From Candidatus Moraniibacteriota bacterium (lineage in GTDB: Bacteria; Patescibacteriota; Minisyncoccia; JAHIHE01; JAGLIN01), in contig DAOWDS010000027.1 in NCBI GenBank assembly GCA_030638895.1, positions 1 to 51,368 of the forward strand: a stretch of 51,368 nt of DNA, read 5' to 3'. Positions 19,910 through 28,961 of this stretch are shown piece after piece. The notes beneath the pieces are model-generated. The model had not been told where the DNA came from, did not search any database, and saw nothing but the letters and a program-made list of their open reading frames with translations. Made by a program: the position numbers and the translations under genes. Each line of letters starts with the position of its first letter. Within the stretch, counting starts at the first letter, position 1.

Positions 19910-20020
19910 ATTTTAATATTATTGTTTACATCTTAAATTTATCTTAAAGTCCTGTTTTAGTCAATGAATTCAAAAAAATACAGATTGCCATTACGCTTTT
20001 GCGTTAATTTAGGCAATCCG

Positions 20021-20218
20021 TTATTCAATTTTTTGACTCTGGATTTTTTGGGATATAAATATTATTCCAGATAGCGCAAATATTATTTCTGGTTTTACGC
20101 CATAATAATATTCTAAAAATAATGCTAACGATATTATTAATGCTAACATTAATAATGCCAATACTATATTTTTTAGTGTCATAACATAGACACTATAAGA
20201 GATCTCTAAATAAGTCAA
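20021..20218 (-). CDS. small two-TM membrane protein (hypothetical)
   Basis: The only support is a 65-aa ORF with two hydrophobic helices in an otherwise empty spacer. Confidence 0.3.
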   Translation of the reverse strand: MTYLEISYSVYVMTLKNIVLALLMLALIISLALFLEYYYGVKPEIIFALSGIIFISQKIQSQKIE

Positions 20219-20300
20219 GATAAATCAAACGAGCCGTGTTTTTTGACAATTTTTTGTAATTATGATAACTTTTAAAAGTAATTAAACGGAGGAAAGGAAA

Positions 20301-20573
20301 ATGGAAATTGCAATTATAGAAACTGAAACAAATCCAAAAAATTCTAATCAAATGTATTTTGAGCTCAAGGATTCAATTGTACTGAATGCTCACATTGAAG
20401 AAGCAATCAAAAAAGCATGCAGAGGAATTGAAAATATACTCGGTGTCAAAATGCTTATGATTCGCAAAAAACTAGTCGGAATTACAATAACATCATGTGG
20501 TGGGTGGAAAAGCGAAGACTTTATCACCACGGTAAGCGACGAAGCAGTAAAGGCAATAAAAAGCAAAATGTAA
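20301..20573 (+). CDS. hypothetical small protein
   Basis: A strong SD (GGAGGAAAGGAAA) precedes the ATG. A terminator hairpin lies directly downstream. I recognise no family. Confidence 0.5.
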   Translation: MEIAIIETETNPKNSNQMYFELKDSIVLNAHIEEAIKKACRGIENILGVKMLMIRKKLVGITITSCGGWKSEDFITTVSDEAVKAIKSKM

Positions 20574-20577
20574 TTTA

Positions 20578-20603
20578 ACTGAGATTTACTCTCAGTTTTT
20601 ATT
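20578..20603 (+). terminator. rho-independent terminator
   Basis: ACTGAGA-TTTAC-TCTCAGT followed by TTTTTATTT. Confidence 0.55.
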
Positions 20604-20643
20604 TCAAAAACAAGACACAGAACGTTGTCTATGTCTTTTTTCA

Positions 20644-20733
20644 TCATCTATGACCCCTTGTTTTATTGTACTTCTTGGGCCTTAAAACAAAATACGCTAT
20701 TATGATTGCAATCACTGCTGTTATTATTGCCAT
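20644..20733 (-). CDS. 29-aa single-TM peptide (below the ORF-track cut-off)
   Basis: The minus strand has AGGAGG, then 8 nt, then ATG. The product is MAIITAVIAIIIAYFVLRPKKYNKTRGHR, followed by a TGA stop. Confidence 0.4.
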   Translation of the reverse strand: MAIITAVIAIIIAYFVLRPKKYNKTRGHR

Positions 20734-20901
20734 ATTTTTATCCTCCTTTCATAATATAATATATTTTTATTTATATTACAAGTTAACAATTAAACAATAC
20801 AGTAATGCAATAATTTGACAATATAATTTTTTTTATATATATTTTTGTAATGATGAAACATTTCTGCTATAATAAAAGCATAAAAAATTAATAAAATAAT
20901 T

Positions 20902-21981
20902 ATGATTGACTATTTTAGCCAACTAAACCAAGCGCTTGGCGCGTATACTGGAATAACCATCGCGTCATATATTGTTGCTTTGATTATTTTGATCGTTTTT
21001 TTTATTCTCGCGCAGATCACAAATTTTTTATTTAACAAAGTGTTTAAGGTTTTAACCGCAAAAACAGAAAATAATACTGATGACAAGATAATAAAAATAG
21101 TGAATATGCCAATATTTTATTCTGTTGTTCTTTTTGGCGCTTATCAGTCTTTTAGCTATATTGGTATATTGAGCAATTTCTCAGATGATTTTTCAAAAAT
21201 TATAAAATCTTTTGCGATTATAATTTGGATTTACGCAATATCAAAGATTGTTAATGTTGTAATTTCTGAGCTCGGATTTAAGTTTACAGAAAAGACAAAA
21301 TCCACGCTTGATGATGAGCTTATGCCGCTTTTTCAAAAGCTTAGCAATATAATTATATATTTTGCCGGCATAATGTTTTTGCTTAAAATGTGGAATATTG
21401 ACATTACGCCGCTTTTAGCTTCAGCAGGAATAGCAGGTTTTGTAATCGCTTTCGCCGCGCAAGACACAATCTCGCATTTATTCGGAGGAATTTCAATTTA
21501 TTTTGACAAGCCTTTTAGAGTTGGCGACCGGATACAGCTTGAAAGCGGAGAAATTGGAGATGTTCTTGAAATAGGAATAAGGTCTACAAGAATTAAAACT
21601 TTTGATGAAACTGTTATTGTAATACCAAATAATACGATTGCCAGTTCTAAAATTATAAATTATAATCAGCCGGCATCAAACATCAAGGAAAAAGTAACAG
21701 TCGCAGTCGCTTATGGATCAGATATTGACAAGGTTAAAAGAATTCTTCTTGATATAGCGAGTAGTGTAGCTGAAATTGAAAAAGATCCTGCTCCGTCAGT
21801 TTATTTTAGCGAATTGGGAGATTTCGGATTGGAATTTTTGATTGTAACATGGGTTGATAATCCTCAAAAAAAGTTTATCGTTAAAACAAAGATGAATGAA
21901 GAAATTTATAGAAGGTTTGGGGAAGAGAATATAGAGATTCCATATCCGACGCAGGATATATACCTAAAAAACAGCAAATAA
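20902..21981 (+). CDS. mscS: mechanosensitive ion channel (MscS family)
   Basis: It has N-terminal TM helices. The MscS core is AGFVIAFAAQDTISHLFGGISIYFDKPFRVGDRI....GEIGDVLEIGIRSTRIKTFDETVIVIPNN. Confidence 0.9.
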   Translation: MIDYFSQLNQALGAYTGITIASYIVALIILIVFFILAQITNFLFNKVFKVLTAKTENNTDDKIIKIVNMPIFYSVVLFGAYQSFSYIGILSNFSDDFSKIIKSFAIIIWIYAISKIVNVVISELGFKFTEKTKSTLDDELMPLFQKLSNIIIYFAGIMFLLKMWNIDITPLLASAGIAGFVIAFAAQDTISHLFGGISIYFDKPFRVGDRIQLESGEIGDVLEIGIRSTRIKTFDETVIVIPNNTIASSKIINYNQPASNIKEKVTVAVAYGSDIDKVKRILLDIASSVAEIEKDPAPSVYFSELGDFGLEFLIVTWVDNPQKKFIVKTKMNEEIYRRFGEENIEIPYPTQDIYLKNSK

Positions 21982-22035
21982 TATTGGGTTTATGGCAATT
22001 ATTTTTATAAGTCTTAATAAATAAATACAAGAGAT

Positions 22036-23310
22036 ATGCAAGCAGTAATTTTAGCAGCCGGATTCTCAAAAAGATTTTGGCCGTTGTCTGAAAGCGGACA
22101 TAAGGCTCTTTTTAAAATTATGGGCAAGTCAATTATTCAATGGACGGTAGAAAGCCTAGAAAAATCAGAAGTTAAAGAAATCATAATAATACAATCGCCA
22201 AAAAAAGATATTGAGCGTGAAATTGGAGATGGTTCAAATTTTGGCGTAAATATAAAATATGAAATTCAAGAAAGAGCAAAGGGCATGGGAGAAGCTGTTG
22301 CTTTAGCTAAAAAACATATAAAAAACAATTTTTTTGTGTTAAATGCCAATCATTTTGATGCTGATCATATTATTCCTCTGATTTTAAAAAAGCAAAAAAA
22401 ATCTAAAGTTAATATGATATTGGTTGGCAGAAAAACTGATATACCCTGGAATTATGGAATATTAAAATTAAAAAACGATAAAGTGTTGAGAATTGTTGAA
22501 AAACCGAAAAAGGGAAAAGAGCCATCTAACATAAAAGTTATTGGTGTATATTATTTGCCCAAGAATTTTTTTATGTATCACGATAAGATTAAGAAGCATA
22601 ATTATTCTTTTGAAGACGCGATTAATCTTTTTGCGAACGAAAAAGAAGCAAAAATTGTTTTGACGGATTTAGATGTCACTTCTTTAAAATATCCGTGGGA
22701 TTTTTTAAAGTCTGTTCGAATTATTTTAGATAATAAAATTAAAAAATCAAAAATTTCTCCAAAATCAAAAATTTCTCCAAAATCAACATTAAACGGAAAG
22801 GTAATAATAGAAGATGGCGTTAGAATTTATGAGAACGCGGTCATAAGCGGGCCATGTTATATAGGAAAAAATGTAATTATAGGAAATAATTCTATAATTA
22901 GAGATTATACGAATCTAGAAGAAGACGTTCTTGTCGGCGCGAATGCAGAGGTAGCGAGAAGCAATTTGCAATATGGAGTTCATATGCATTCAGGTTTTCT
23001 TGGAGATTCTTTTATCGGTAAAGAATCAAAGATAGGGGCTGGCGTTGTTTCCGCGAATGTTAGAATTGATAGAGGGGAAATAAAATCAATAATTAAAGAA
23101 AATAAAATAAATACAGGACAAAAGTCATTTGGCTTGGCGATGGGACAAAAATCATTTTTAGGAATAAATGTCAGCGTAATGCCAGGCATATTAATTGGTT
23201 CAAACTGTGTAGTTGGTCCCGGGTCAATGGTAAAGGAAAATATAAAATCAAATATGATTTATTACACTGAATTTAAAAATGTAGTTAAAAAAAACAAGAA
23301 AAAGCAATGA
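22036..23310 (+). CDS. sugar-1-phosphate nucleotidylyltransferase fused to a left-handed beta-helix (GlmU-like architecture)
   Basis: It has the AAGFSKRFWPLS nucleotidyltransferase motif and C-terminal hexapeptide repeats (IGKNVIIGNNSIIRD..VLVGANAEV). The 18-bp in-frame tandem repeat is at 22744-22786. Confidence 0.8.
   Translation: MQAVILAAGFSKRFWPLSESGHKALFKIMGKSIIQWTVESLEKSEVKEIIIIQSPKKDIEREIGDGSNFGVNIKYEIQERAKGMGEAVALAKKHIKNNFFVLNANHFDADHIIPLILKKQKKSKVNMILVGRKTDIPWNYGILKLKNDKVLRIVEKPKKGKEPSNIKVIGVYYLPKNFFMYHDKIKKHNYSFEDAINLFANEKEAKIVLTDLDVTSLKYPWDFLKSVRIILDNKIKKSKISPKSKISPKSTLNGKVIIEDGVRIYENAVISGPCYIGKNVIIGNNSIIRDYTNLEEDVLVGANAEVARSNLQYGVHMHSGFLGDSFIGKESKIGAGVVSANVRIDRGEIKSIIKENKINTGQKSFGLAMGQKSFLGINVSVMPGILIGSNCVVGPGSMVKENIKSNMIYYTEFKNVVKKNKKKQ
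22744..22786 (+). repeat. in-frame 18-bp tandem duplication (KSKISP x2 plus a partial unit)
   Basis: aaatcaaaaatttctcca is repeated twice, followed by aaatcaa. Confidence 0.9.
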
Positions 23311-23963
23311 AAATAGTTTTAGATTTTGATGACACAATTTTTAATACGCATTGTCTAGCATTGGAATCTGTAAAAATTTTTGAAAAATTTGGTTTTACGG
23401 AGAAAGAATTTTGGAGCGCTTATCAAAAATGCAAAGAACAAAAAGGCGATTTTGATTTGGATATATTGATTGACTCAGCTTTTAATTCCAAGAAATGTAA
23501 TTATTTAAGAGAGGAAGATCTTTTGGCCGATCAAAAGAAAATTAAAGAAGAAATGAACATTTTATTTTATAGGGCAAGTGATTTTATTTATTCTGATTTT
23601 TTTGAATTTGTGAAGAATTTTAACAAAAAAGATTTAATTCTACTTTCTTTTGGGACAACTGATTTTCAAGGAATGAAGATTAAAAATTCTGGTATAATTC
23701 CATATTTCCAAGAAATTATTATTACCAATAAGGATAAGACGGAAAATTTAAAAAATATTTTGAAAAATTATGGTAGCGAGAAAATATTTTTTATAGACGA
23801 CAACGCGGAACAAATTGACAAAATTAAAGAAAAAATTCCTCAAATTATTACAATGAAAATGGAGCGTTTGCAAGGCGGGCAAATAAATAAAAAATCTAAG
23901 CTAGCAGATTATATCGTAAAAGATTTAAACGAAGTAAAAAATATATGTAAAACAGGGGCTTAG
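23307..23963 (+). CDS. HAD-superfamily hydrolase
   Basis: It has the N-terminal DxDxT motif (LDFDDTIF) and a late FFIDDN motif. There is a 4-bp ATGA overlap with the upstream gene. Confidence 0.7.
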   Translation: MKIVLDFDDTIFNTHCLALESVKIFEKFGFTEKEFWSAYQKCKEQKGDFDLDILIDSAFNSKKCNYLREEDLLADQKKIKEEMNILFYRASDFIYSDFFEFVKNFNKKDLILLSFGTTDFQGMKIKNSGIIPYFQEIIITNKDKTENLKNILKNYGSEKIFFIDDNAEQIDKIKEKIPQIITMKMERLQGGQINKKSKLADYIVKDLNEVKNICKTGA

Positions 23964-23998
23964 CCCCCGTTTTACTCAATTAATTTAGACAAAGAATT

Positions 23999-25369
23999 AT
24001 GAATAAAATAGATGAATCAATTTTTAAGGCATATGATATTCGAGGTATTTATCCTGCTCAATTAGACGAAAAGCTTGCTTATAAAATTGGAAGGGGATAT
24101 GCGACTTTTATTTTAAAAGAAAATTCAAAAGCAAGAAATATTGTAGTTGGATCTGATATGAGAGTTTCTTCTCCCGCGTTAAAAAAAGAGCTAATAAGGG
24201 GGTTTGTTGATAGCGGTTTGGATGTTGTTGATGTTGGACTTGTTAGCACTCCTACATTCTATTTTGCGGTAAGTTTTTACAATTACGATGGCGGGATTCA
24301 GGTTTCGGCATCTCATAATCCAAAGGAATATAATGGTTTTAAGATAGTTAGAGAGAGAGCTTTTCCTATTGGAAAAAATACCGGAATTTTTGCAATTAGA
24401 GATATTATTTTAAAAGATGAATTTATAAAAAGCGAAAAAAAAGGCAGAATTATTGAAAAAGATAATATTTTAAGGGATTTTATTGGTAATCAGCTTTCTA
24501 ATATTGATGTTTCAAAAATAAAAAAGTTTAAAATAGTTGTTGACGCTGCTAATTCTATGGGAGCTCTTGATATAGAAGAATTTTTTAAAAAAGTTCCAGT
24601 TGAATTAATTAAAATTAATTTTGAACTTGACGGAACTTTTCCATCTCACGAAGCAGATCCGCTCAAAGAAGAAAACCTCAAACTTTTAAAGCAAAAGGTG
24701 ATTGAAACTGGAGCAGATTTTGGAATTTCATCTGATGGAGATGGCGATAGATATTTTTTTGTTGATGAAAAAGGAAATTCTTTAAGACAGGAAATTCTTA
24801 GAGGCATCATGGCTCAGATTGAATTGGCGGATAACTATGGGGCGACAGTTTGTTATGATATAAGACCTGGAAGAATTACTAAAGATATGATTGAAGAAAT
24901 GGGAGGCAAATCTATCGTTACTCCTGTCGGACATTCTTTGATCAAGGAAATAATGATAAAAAACGATGCCGTTTTTGGAGGGGAATCTTCCGGGCATTAT
25001 TTTTATAAAAAAAATTACGGAACTTTTGAAATGCCCGCGATTTTAATCGCCAAATTTTTGAAATTTCTTTCTGAAAAAAATATGGTTTTTTCTGAAGTGG
25101 TAAAGCCTTATCAAAAATATTTTCATTCAGGTGAAATAAATTTTAGAGTAAAAAGCGTTGCGGAAAAACTGAAAGAAATAGAAGAAAAATACAGCGATGG
25201 CAAAATAATAAAAATTGACGGCGTAACGGTTGAATATTCCGATTGGTGGTTCAATGTGCGCGGATCAAACACGGAGCCTGTAATTCGTTTAAATTTAGAA
25301 GCTAAAACAAATGAATTAATGAAAGAAAAAACAGAAGAAGTTTCTGTTTTATTAGAGAATAAATTATGA
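23999..25369 (+). CDS. phosphomannomutase/phosphoglucomutase
   Basis: It has the FKAYDIRG start, the phosphoserine loop SASHNP, the metal loop SSDGDGDR and GGESSGH. Confidence 0.9.
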   Translation: MNKIDESIFKAYDIRGIYPAQLDEKLAYKIGRGYATFILKENSKARNIVVGSDMRVSSPALKKELIRGFVDSGLDVVDVGLVSTPTFYFAVSFYNYDGGIQVSASHNPKEYNGFKIVRERAFPIGKNTGIFAIRDIILKDEFIKSEKKGRIIEKDNILRDFIGNQLSNIDVSKIKKFKIVVDAANSMGALDIEEFFKKVPVELIKINFELDGTFPSHEADPLKEENLKLLKQKVIETGADFGISSDGDGDRYFFVDEKGNSLRQEILRGIMAQIELADNYGATVCYDIRPGRITKDMIEEMGGKSIVTPVGHSLIKEIMIKNDAVFGGESSGHYFYKKNYGTFEMPAILIAKFLKFLSEKNMVFSEVVKPYQKYFHSGEINFRVKSVAEKLKEIEEKYSDGKIIKIDGVTVEYSDWWFNVRGSNTEPVIRLNLEAKTNELMKEKTEEVSVLLENKL

Positions 25370-25415
25370 AATTATTTAAAAATTATTAGTACTCTTAATA
25401 CTTAATACTAATATC

Positions 25416-26402
25416 ATGATTGGAGCAATTTTATGCGGAGGATATGGAAAAAGACTAAGACCCTTGACCGATAATGTTCCGAAGCCTCTTTTGGAAATCA
25501 AAAAAGATTATACTATTTTAGACAAACAAATTTTACAATTCAAATATGCTGGAGTAAATACGGTAGTTTTGCTTTGTGGACATTTGCATGAAAAGATTCA
25601 AGATAGATTTGGTGAAAAATGGAACGGGGTTGAAATAAATTATTTAATTGAAGATGAGCCCAGAGGAACTTTGTATGCCATTAATAGTTTATTGGAAAAT
25701 TTTGATTTTGATAATTATATCATTAGAAATGGGGATGTAGTTTGTGACGCGAATATTAAAGAGATAATCAATGAACATAATAATAAAATGATAATGTATA
25801 TAGCTCCGCTAATTTCGCCATTCGGTATAGCAGAACTTTCTGACAAAAAGATTATTGGATTCAAAGAAAAACCCACGCTAGATCATTATCTAAACGCGGG
25901 AGTTTATATAATATCAAAAGAATTAAAGTCTATTTTATTTAAACATAAAGAAGGTTCAATTGAAGACCTTTCTTTTCCTGAAATTGCAAAGTCTGGGTTA
26001 ATGAATTATTACAAAGAAGATGTTTTTTGGCAATCAGTTGATTCTATAAAAGATTTAAAGAGAGTTAATGATGAATATATTAATAAAAAAGATAAGCCTT
26101 GGGGCTATGAAAAAACAATAGTTTTAACTGATAAATATTTAACAAAAGAGCTATATCTTATGAAAAATGAAGGAACATCTCACCACAAGCATGCCAAAAA
26201 AGATGAAACAATGCATATTACTGTTGGAGAAATAATAATTAAATTTGACGATAGGGAAGTTAATGTAAAAAAGAATCAAACAATTAGAATTGAGCCATGT
26301 ACGCCTCATACAATTATGGCGCTGGAAAATACAATCTTACAAGAATATTCAACGCCTCATCCAGATGACACAATAAGAATAAAAGATAAATATAATAGAT
26401 AA
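25416..26402 (+). CDS. sugar-1-phosphate nucleotidylyltransferase with a C-terminal cupin (mannose-1-P guanylyltransferase/isomerase-like)
   Basis: It has the GGYGKRLRPLT motif. The C-terminal cupin shows EGTSHHKH...H. Confidence 0.75.
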   Translation: MIGAILCGGYGKRLRPLTDNVPKPLLEIKKDYTILDKQILQFKYAGVNTVVLLCGHLHEKIQDRFGEKWNGVEINYLIEDEPRGTLYAINSLLENFDFDNYIIRNGDVVCDANIKEIINEHNNKMIMYIAPLISPFGIAELSDKKIIGFKEKPTLDHYLNAGVYIISKELKSILFKHKEGSIEDLSFPEIAKSGLMNYYKEDVFWQSVDSIKDLKRVNDEYINKKDKPWGYEKTIVLTDKYLTKELYLMKNEGTSHHKHAKKDETMHITVGEIIIKFDDREVNVKKNQTIRIEPCTPHTIMALENTILQEYSTPHPDDTIRIKDKYNR

Positions 26403-26419
26403 TTGAAAAATCAAATATT

Positions 26420-26845
26420 ATGATTAGAAAGATAAATTATAAGCGATTTGCCAAGTTTTCTACAGTTGGTTTTACAAGTTCTATTATAGATTTTTTTATA
26501 TTAAATGTTCTAAGCTTGTTTTCAGGCATAGACAAAGGTTTTTTTGCGGCAATATTTAGCGTAATATCTTTTTTGGTAGCAAATATTAATAGTTATATCT
26601 TGAATAAAAAATGGACTTTTAAAAAAAATAATATAGATTCAAGATATAAAACATTTTTAAAAGTCAGTATTGCTGGGGTATTAATCAATGCATCTATGAT
26701 ATACGCCCTAACAACTTTAATTTCACAAGATTATGTTTCTGGGATAATATGGTTAAATATGTCAAAAGTTACTGCAACTTTTATTGTTATGTTCTTTAAT
26801 TATTTTGGTTATAAGAAATATGTTTTTAATTATAAAAAATATTAG
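26420..26845 (+). CDS. GtrA-family membrane protein
   Basis: It is ~140 aa with 4 TM helices. The F.K.F..VG....I.D......L start and the N...NK.WTFK motif are typical of GtrA. Confidence 0.8.
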   Translation: MIRKINYKRFAKFSTVGFTSSIIDFFILNVLSLFSGIDKGFFAAIFSVISFLVANINSYILNKKWTFKKNNIDSRYKTFLKVSIAGVLINASMIYALTTLISQDYVSGIIWLNMSKVTATFIVMFFNYFGYKKYVFNYKKY

Positions 26846-26880
26846 ATATTTTCCTGTAATTAGCTGCTGTTTATATTCCC

Positions 26881-26909
26881 TTGACAGGAATTATTACATA
26901 TAGTAATAT
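26881..26909 (+). promoter_or_regulatory. sigma70-like promoter (TTGACA-17 nt-TAATAT)
   Basis: The -35 is TTGACA at 26881-26886. The spacer is 17 nt. The -10 is TAATAT at 26904-26909. Confidence 0.45.
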
Positions 26910-26941
26910 TTTTATTAAGTATAATAATTTATATAAAAGCG

Positions 26942-27025
26942 ATGGCAGTTAGATTTCGAAAAAATAATATTGTATTTTACATCCTCTATTTTTCTATTTT
27001 ACATTTATTGTTCATAAAAAGATAA
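26942..27025 (+). CDS. possible 27-aa hydrophobic peptide (MAVRFRKNNIVFYILYFSILHLLFIKR)
   Basis: The ORF lies between the promoter at 26881 and the hairpin at 27024. The SD is weak, so coding status is uncertain. Confidence 0.25.
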   Translation: MAVRFRKNNIVFYILYFSILHLLFIKR

Positions 27026-27048
27026 CCTCAATAAAGAGGTTGTTTTTT
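27024..27048 (+). terminator. short terminator/attenuator hairpin
   Basis: AACCTC-AATAAA-GAGGTT followed by GTTTTTT. Confidence 0.4.
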
Positions 27049-27123
27049 ATGGGCAAAAAAATTTTGTTCATTGACAATTTCAAGAAAAGAAAACAAAAAT
27101 TATACAAATAGGAGGAAAAGCGT

Positions 27124-27396
27124 ATGGGAGAATTATTAACGGAAAATCAATCACAATATCTTGAGGTTGAAATTACCAGAAAGGATGTAATGGACGTCAT
27201 AGAGGAATTGAAACTTTCCTGTAAAATAAACCGTAAGATGGTAGATGAAAATAATCCTAATTTTGAAAACAATCTTTTTATATTGAAAGATATCGTAAAA
27301 ATAAAAAGAAAAAGAGATTGTATGTGTAAAGATAAACCTGGCTTTTTATGCGCTAGATGTGTTGTGATAAGTAGCGTGTTAAAAAGGTTAAGCTAA
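27124..27396 (+). CDS. hypothetical 90-aa protein with a C-terminal CxC...CxxC cluster
   Basis: A strong SD (TAGGAGGAAAAGCGT) precedes the ATG. The N-terminal half is acidic. The cysteine cluster is DCMCKDKPGFLCARC. Confidence 0.5.
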   Translation: MGELLTENQSQYLEVEITRKDVMDVIEELKLSCKINRKMVDENNPNFENNLFILKDIVKIKRKRDCMCKDKPGFLCARCVVISSVLKRLS

Positions 27397-27426
27397 ATAA
27401 AAAAAACAAAATAAGAGGAGAAGAAA

Positions 27427-27648
27427 ATGATATTTAAAAATAAAGAGGATCTTGTAGTTTTGGGTGGATCAAATAATTCATTCACAAAAAGGAGTTTTGG
27501 CGCGAGAGATGTCACAGTTATCTGTGGTGGATGTTGCATAACATGTTCTCAGTATTTATTAGTTAATCCTGGATGCAAAATAAGAGATCAACTTTCTCAG
27601 ATAAGTTCTAAATTTTGGAATCATCTGCTAGTCATAGAGGACAGTTAA
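27427..27648 (+). CDS. hypothetical 73-aa Cys-rich peptide with a possible double-glycine leader
   Basis: The SD AGAGGAGAAGAAA precedes the ATG. MIFKNKEDLVVLGG is followed by a core containing ICGGCCITC...PGC. Confidence 0.5.
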   Translation: MIFKNKEDLVVLGGSNNSFTKRSFGARDVTVICGGCCITCSQYLLVNPGCKIRDQLSQISSKFWNHLLVIEDS

Positions 27649-27672
27649 ATTTTAAAAGTCCTCTTTTTTTTA
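27636..27672 (+). terminator. rho-independent terminator
   Basis: AGAGGAC-15 nt-GTCCTCT followed by T8. The 5' arm overlaps the end of the 27427 ORF. Confidence 0.65.
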
Positions 27673-27805
27673 ATTCTTTTCAATTGATTCAATATCTCTG
27701 ACTTGAGCTGTTTTCTTTTTTAAACTCTCTATAAAACATAATCTTTTCTGAAATAGCAAAAGGATTCATGGCCCTATCTGGACTATGGGGTCAATAGTAT
27801 ATATT

Positions 27806-28783
27806 CTATAAAACCAACCCAACTTTTTCCTTAACTTCTTTCATTGTTTCTTGCGCGACAAATCTTGCCCCTTTAGATCCTTCATTTAAAATCCTTTTTA
27901 TTTTTTCTGGATTTTTTTTAAGTTCTTTTCTTTTCTCTCTAAAATCTTTGAAATAATTTGCAATATCTTCAGCAAGCGCGTTTTTTAGCTCAGAGAATTT
28001 TATGTCTTGGTTTTTTAATTTTTCATTAAAACACCTTTTATTTTTTTCTGATCCAAACTTTTTTAATAAAGTCGCGTAGAAATTGTAAATATCTTTATTA
28101 TATTCAGTTGTTGAAACTGCTTTTCTCATTTTTTTCTGAATAATTTCTGGCTTATCATTAATTCCAATATAAGATTTTGGTCCGTGGGATTTACTCATTT
28201 TTTTGGTTGGGTTGGTAAGAGACATAATTTTCGATGTTTCGGTAATAATATTTTTTGGTTCTGGAAAAGTATTACAGAACTTATTATTGAAAAATCGTGC
28301 GATTTTCCTGGTAAGTTCAATGTGTTGGATCTGATCTTGGCCGACTGGAACAGCATCGGCTTTATACATTAAAATATCAGCGGCTTGCAAGACTGGATAG
28401 TCAAGTAATCCCATATTTATATTCTTGTCTTGTTGTTGGGATTTGTCCTTAAATTGTGTCATTCTTTGAAGTTCTGTAAGGGGAGTGACTGTGTTAAAAA
28501 TCCAAGCCAGTTCAGTGTGTTCGGGAATTTGTGATTGGATGGCGATAGTGCATTTTTTGGGATCTAGCCCAATCGCTAAAAAATCCAAAGCTAAGTCAAA
28601 AATTTGCCTTGGTTTTTCTTTCGGATCATAATTTTCTGTAATTGAGTGATAATCAGCAATAAAGAAAAAACAGTTGTATTTATCCTGAAGCTCCACGAAA
28701 TTTTTTAGCGCTCCAAGATAGTTGCCAATATGCAATTCTCCCGAAGGCTGAACCGCGCTGAAGACTGTTTGTTGTTGAGCCAT
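27806..28783 (-). CDS. trpS: tryptophan--tRNA ligase
   Basis: The HIGH-type motif is SGELHIGNYLG and the KMSKS motif is KKMSKS. The ORF track starts at 28858. The Met at 28783 (MAQQQTVFSAVQPSG) gives the usual distance to the HIGH motif. Confidence 0.92.
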   Translation of the reverse strand: MAQQQTVFSAVQPSGELHIGNYLGALKNFVELQDKYNCFFFIADYHSITENYDPKEKPRQIFDLALDFLAIGLDPKKCTIAIQSQIPEHTELAWIFNTVTPLTELQRMTQFKDKSQQQDKNINMGLLDYPVLQAADILMYKADAVPVGQDQIQHIELTRKIARFFNNKFCNTFPEPKNIITETSKIMSLTNPTKKMSKSHGPKSYIGINDKPEIIQKKMRKAVSTTEYNKDIYNFYATLLKKFGSEKNKRCFNEKLKNQDIKFSELKNALAEDIANYFKDFREKRKELKKNPEKIKRILNEGSKGARFVAQETMKEVKEKVGLVL

Positions 28784-28961
28784 AGTTTTATTATCGTTAT
28801 TATTATTTTTGTTTTCAGATGTAAACTTCCTGTCGTATCTCATATTTATTGTCGGCAAATTTGGTCTTTTGTATGATTTATTTTATCCAAATTGCATAAT
28901 CATTATAGCTTTATTTTTAAATTTTGTTAAAATGTTAGTATGTTTGTATGTTAATATGGTT

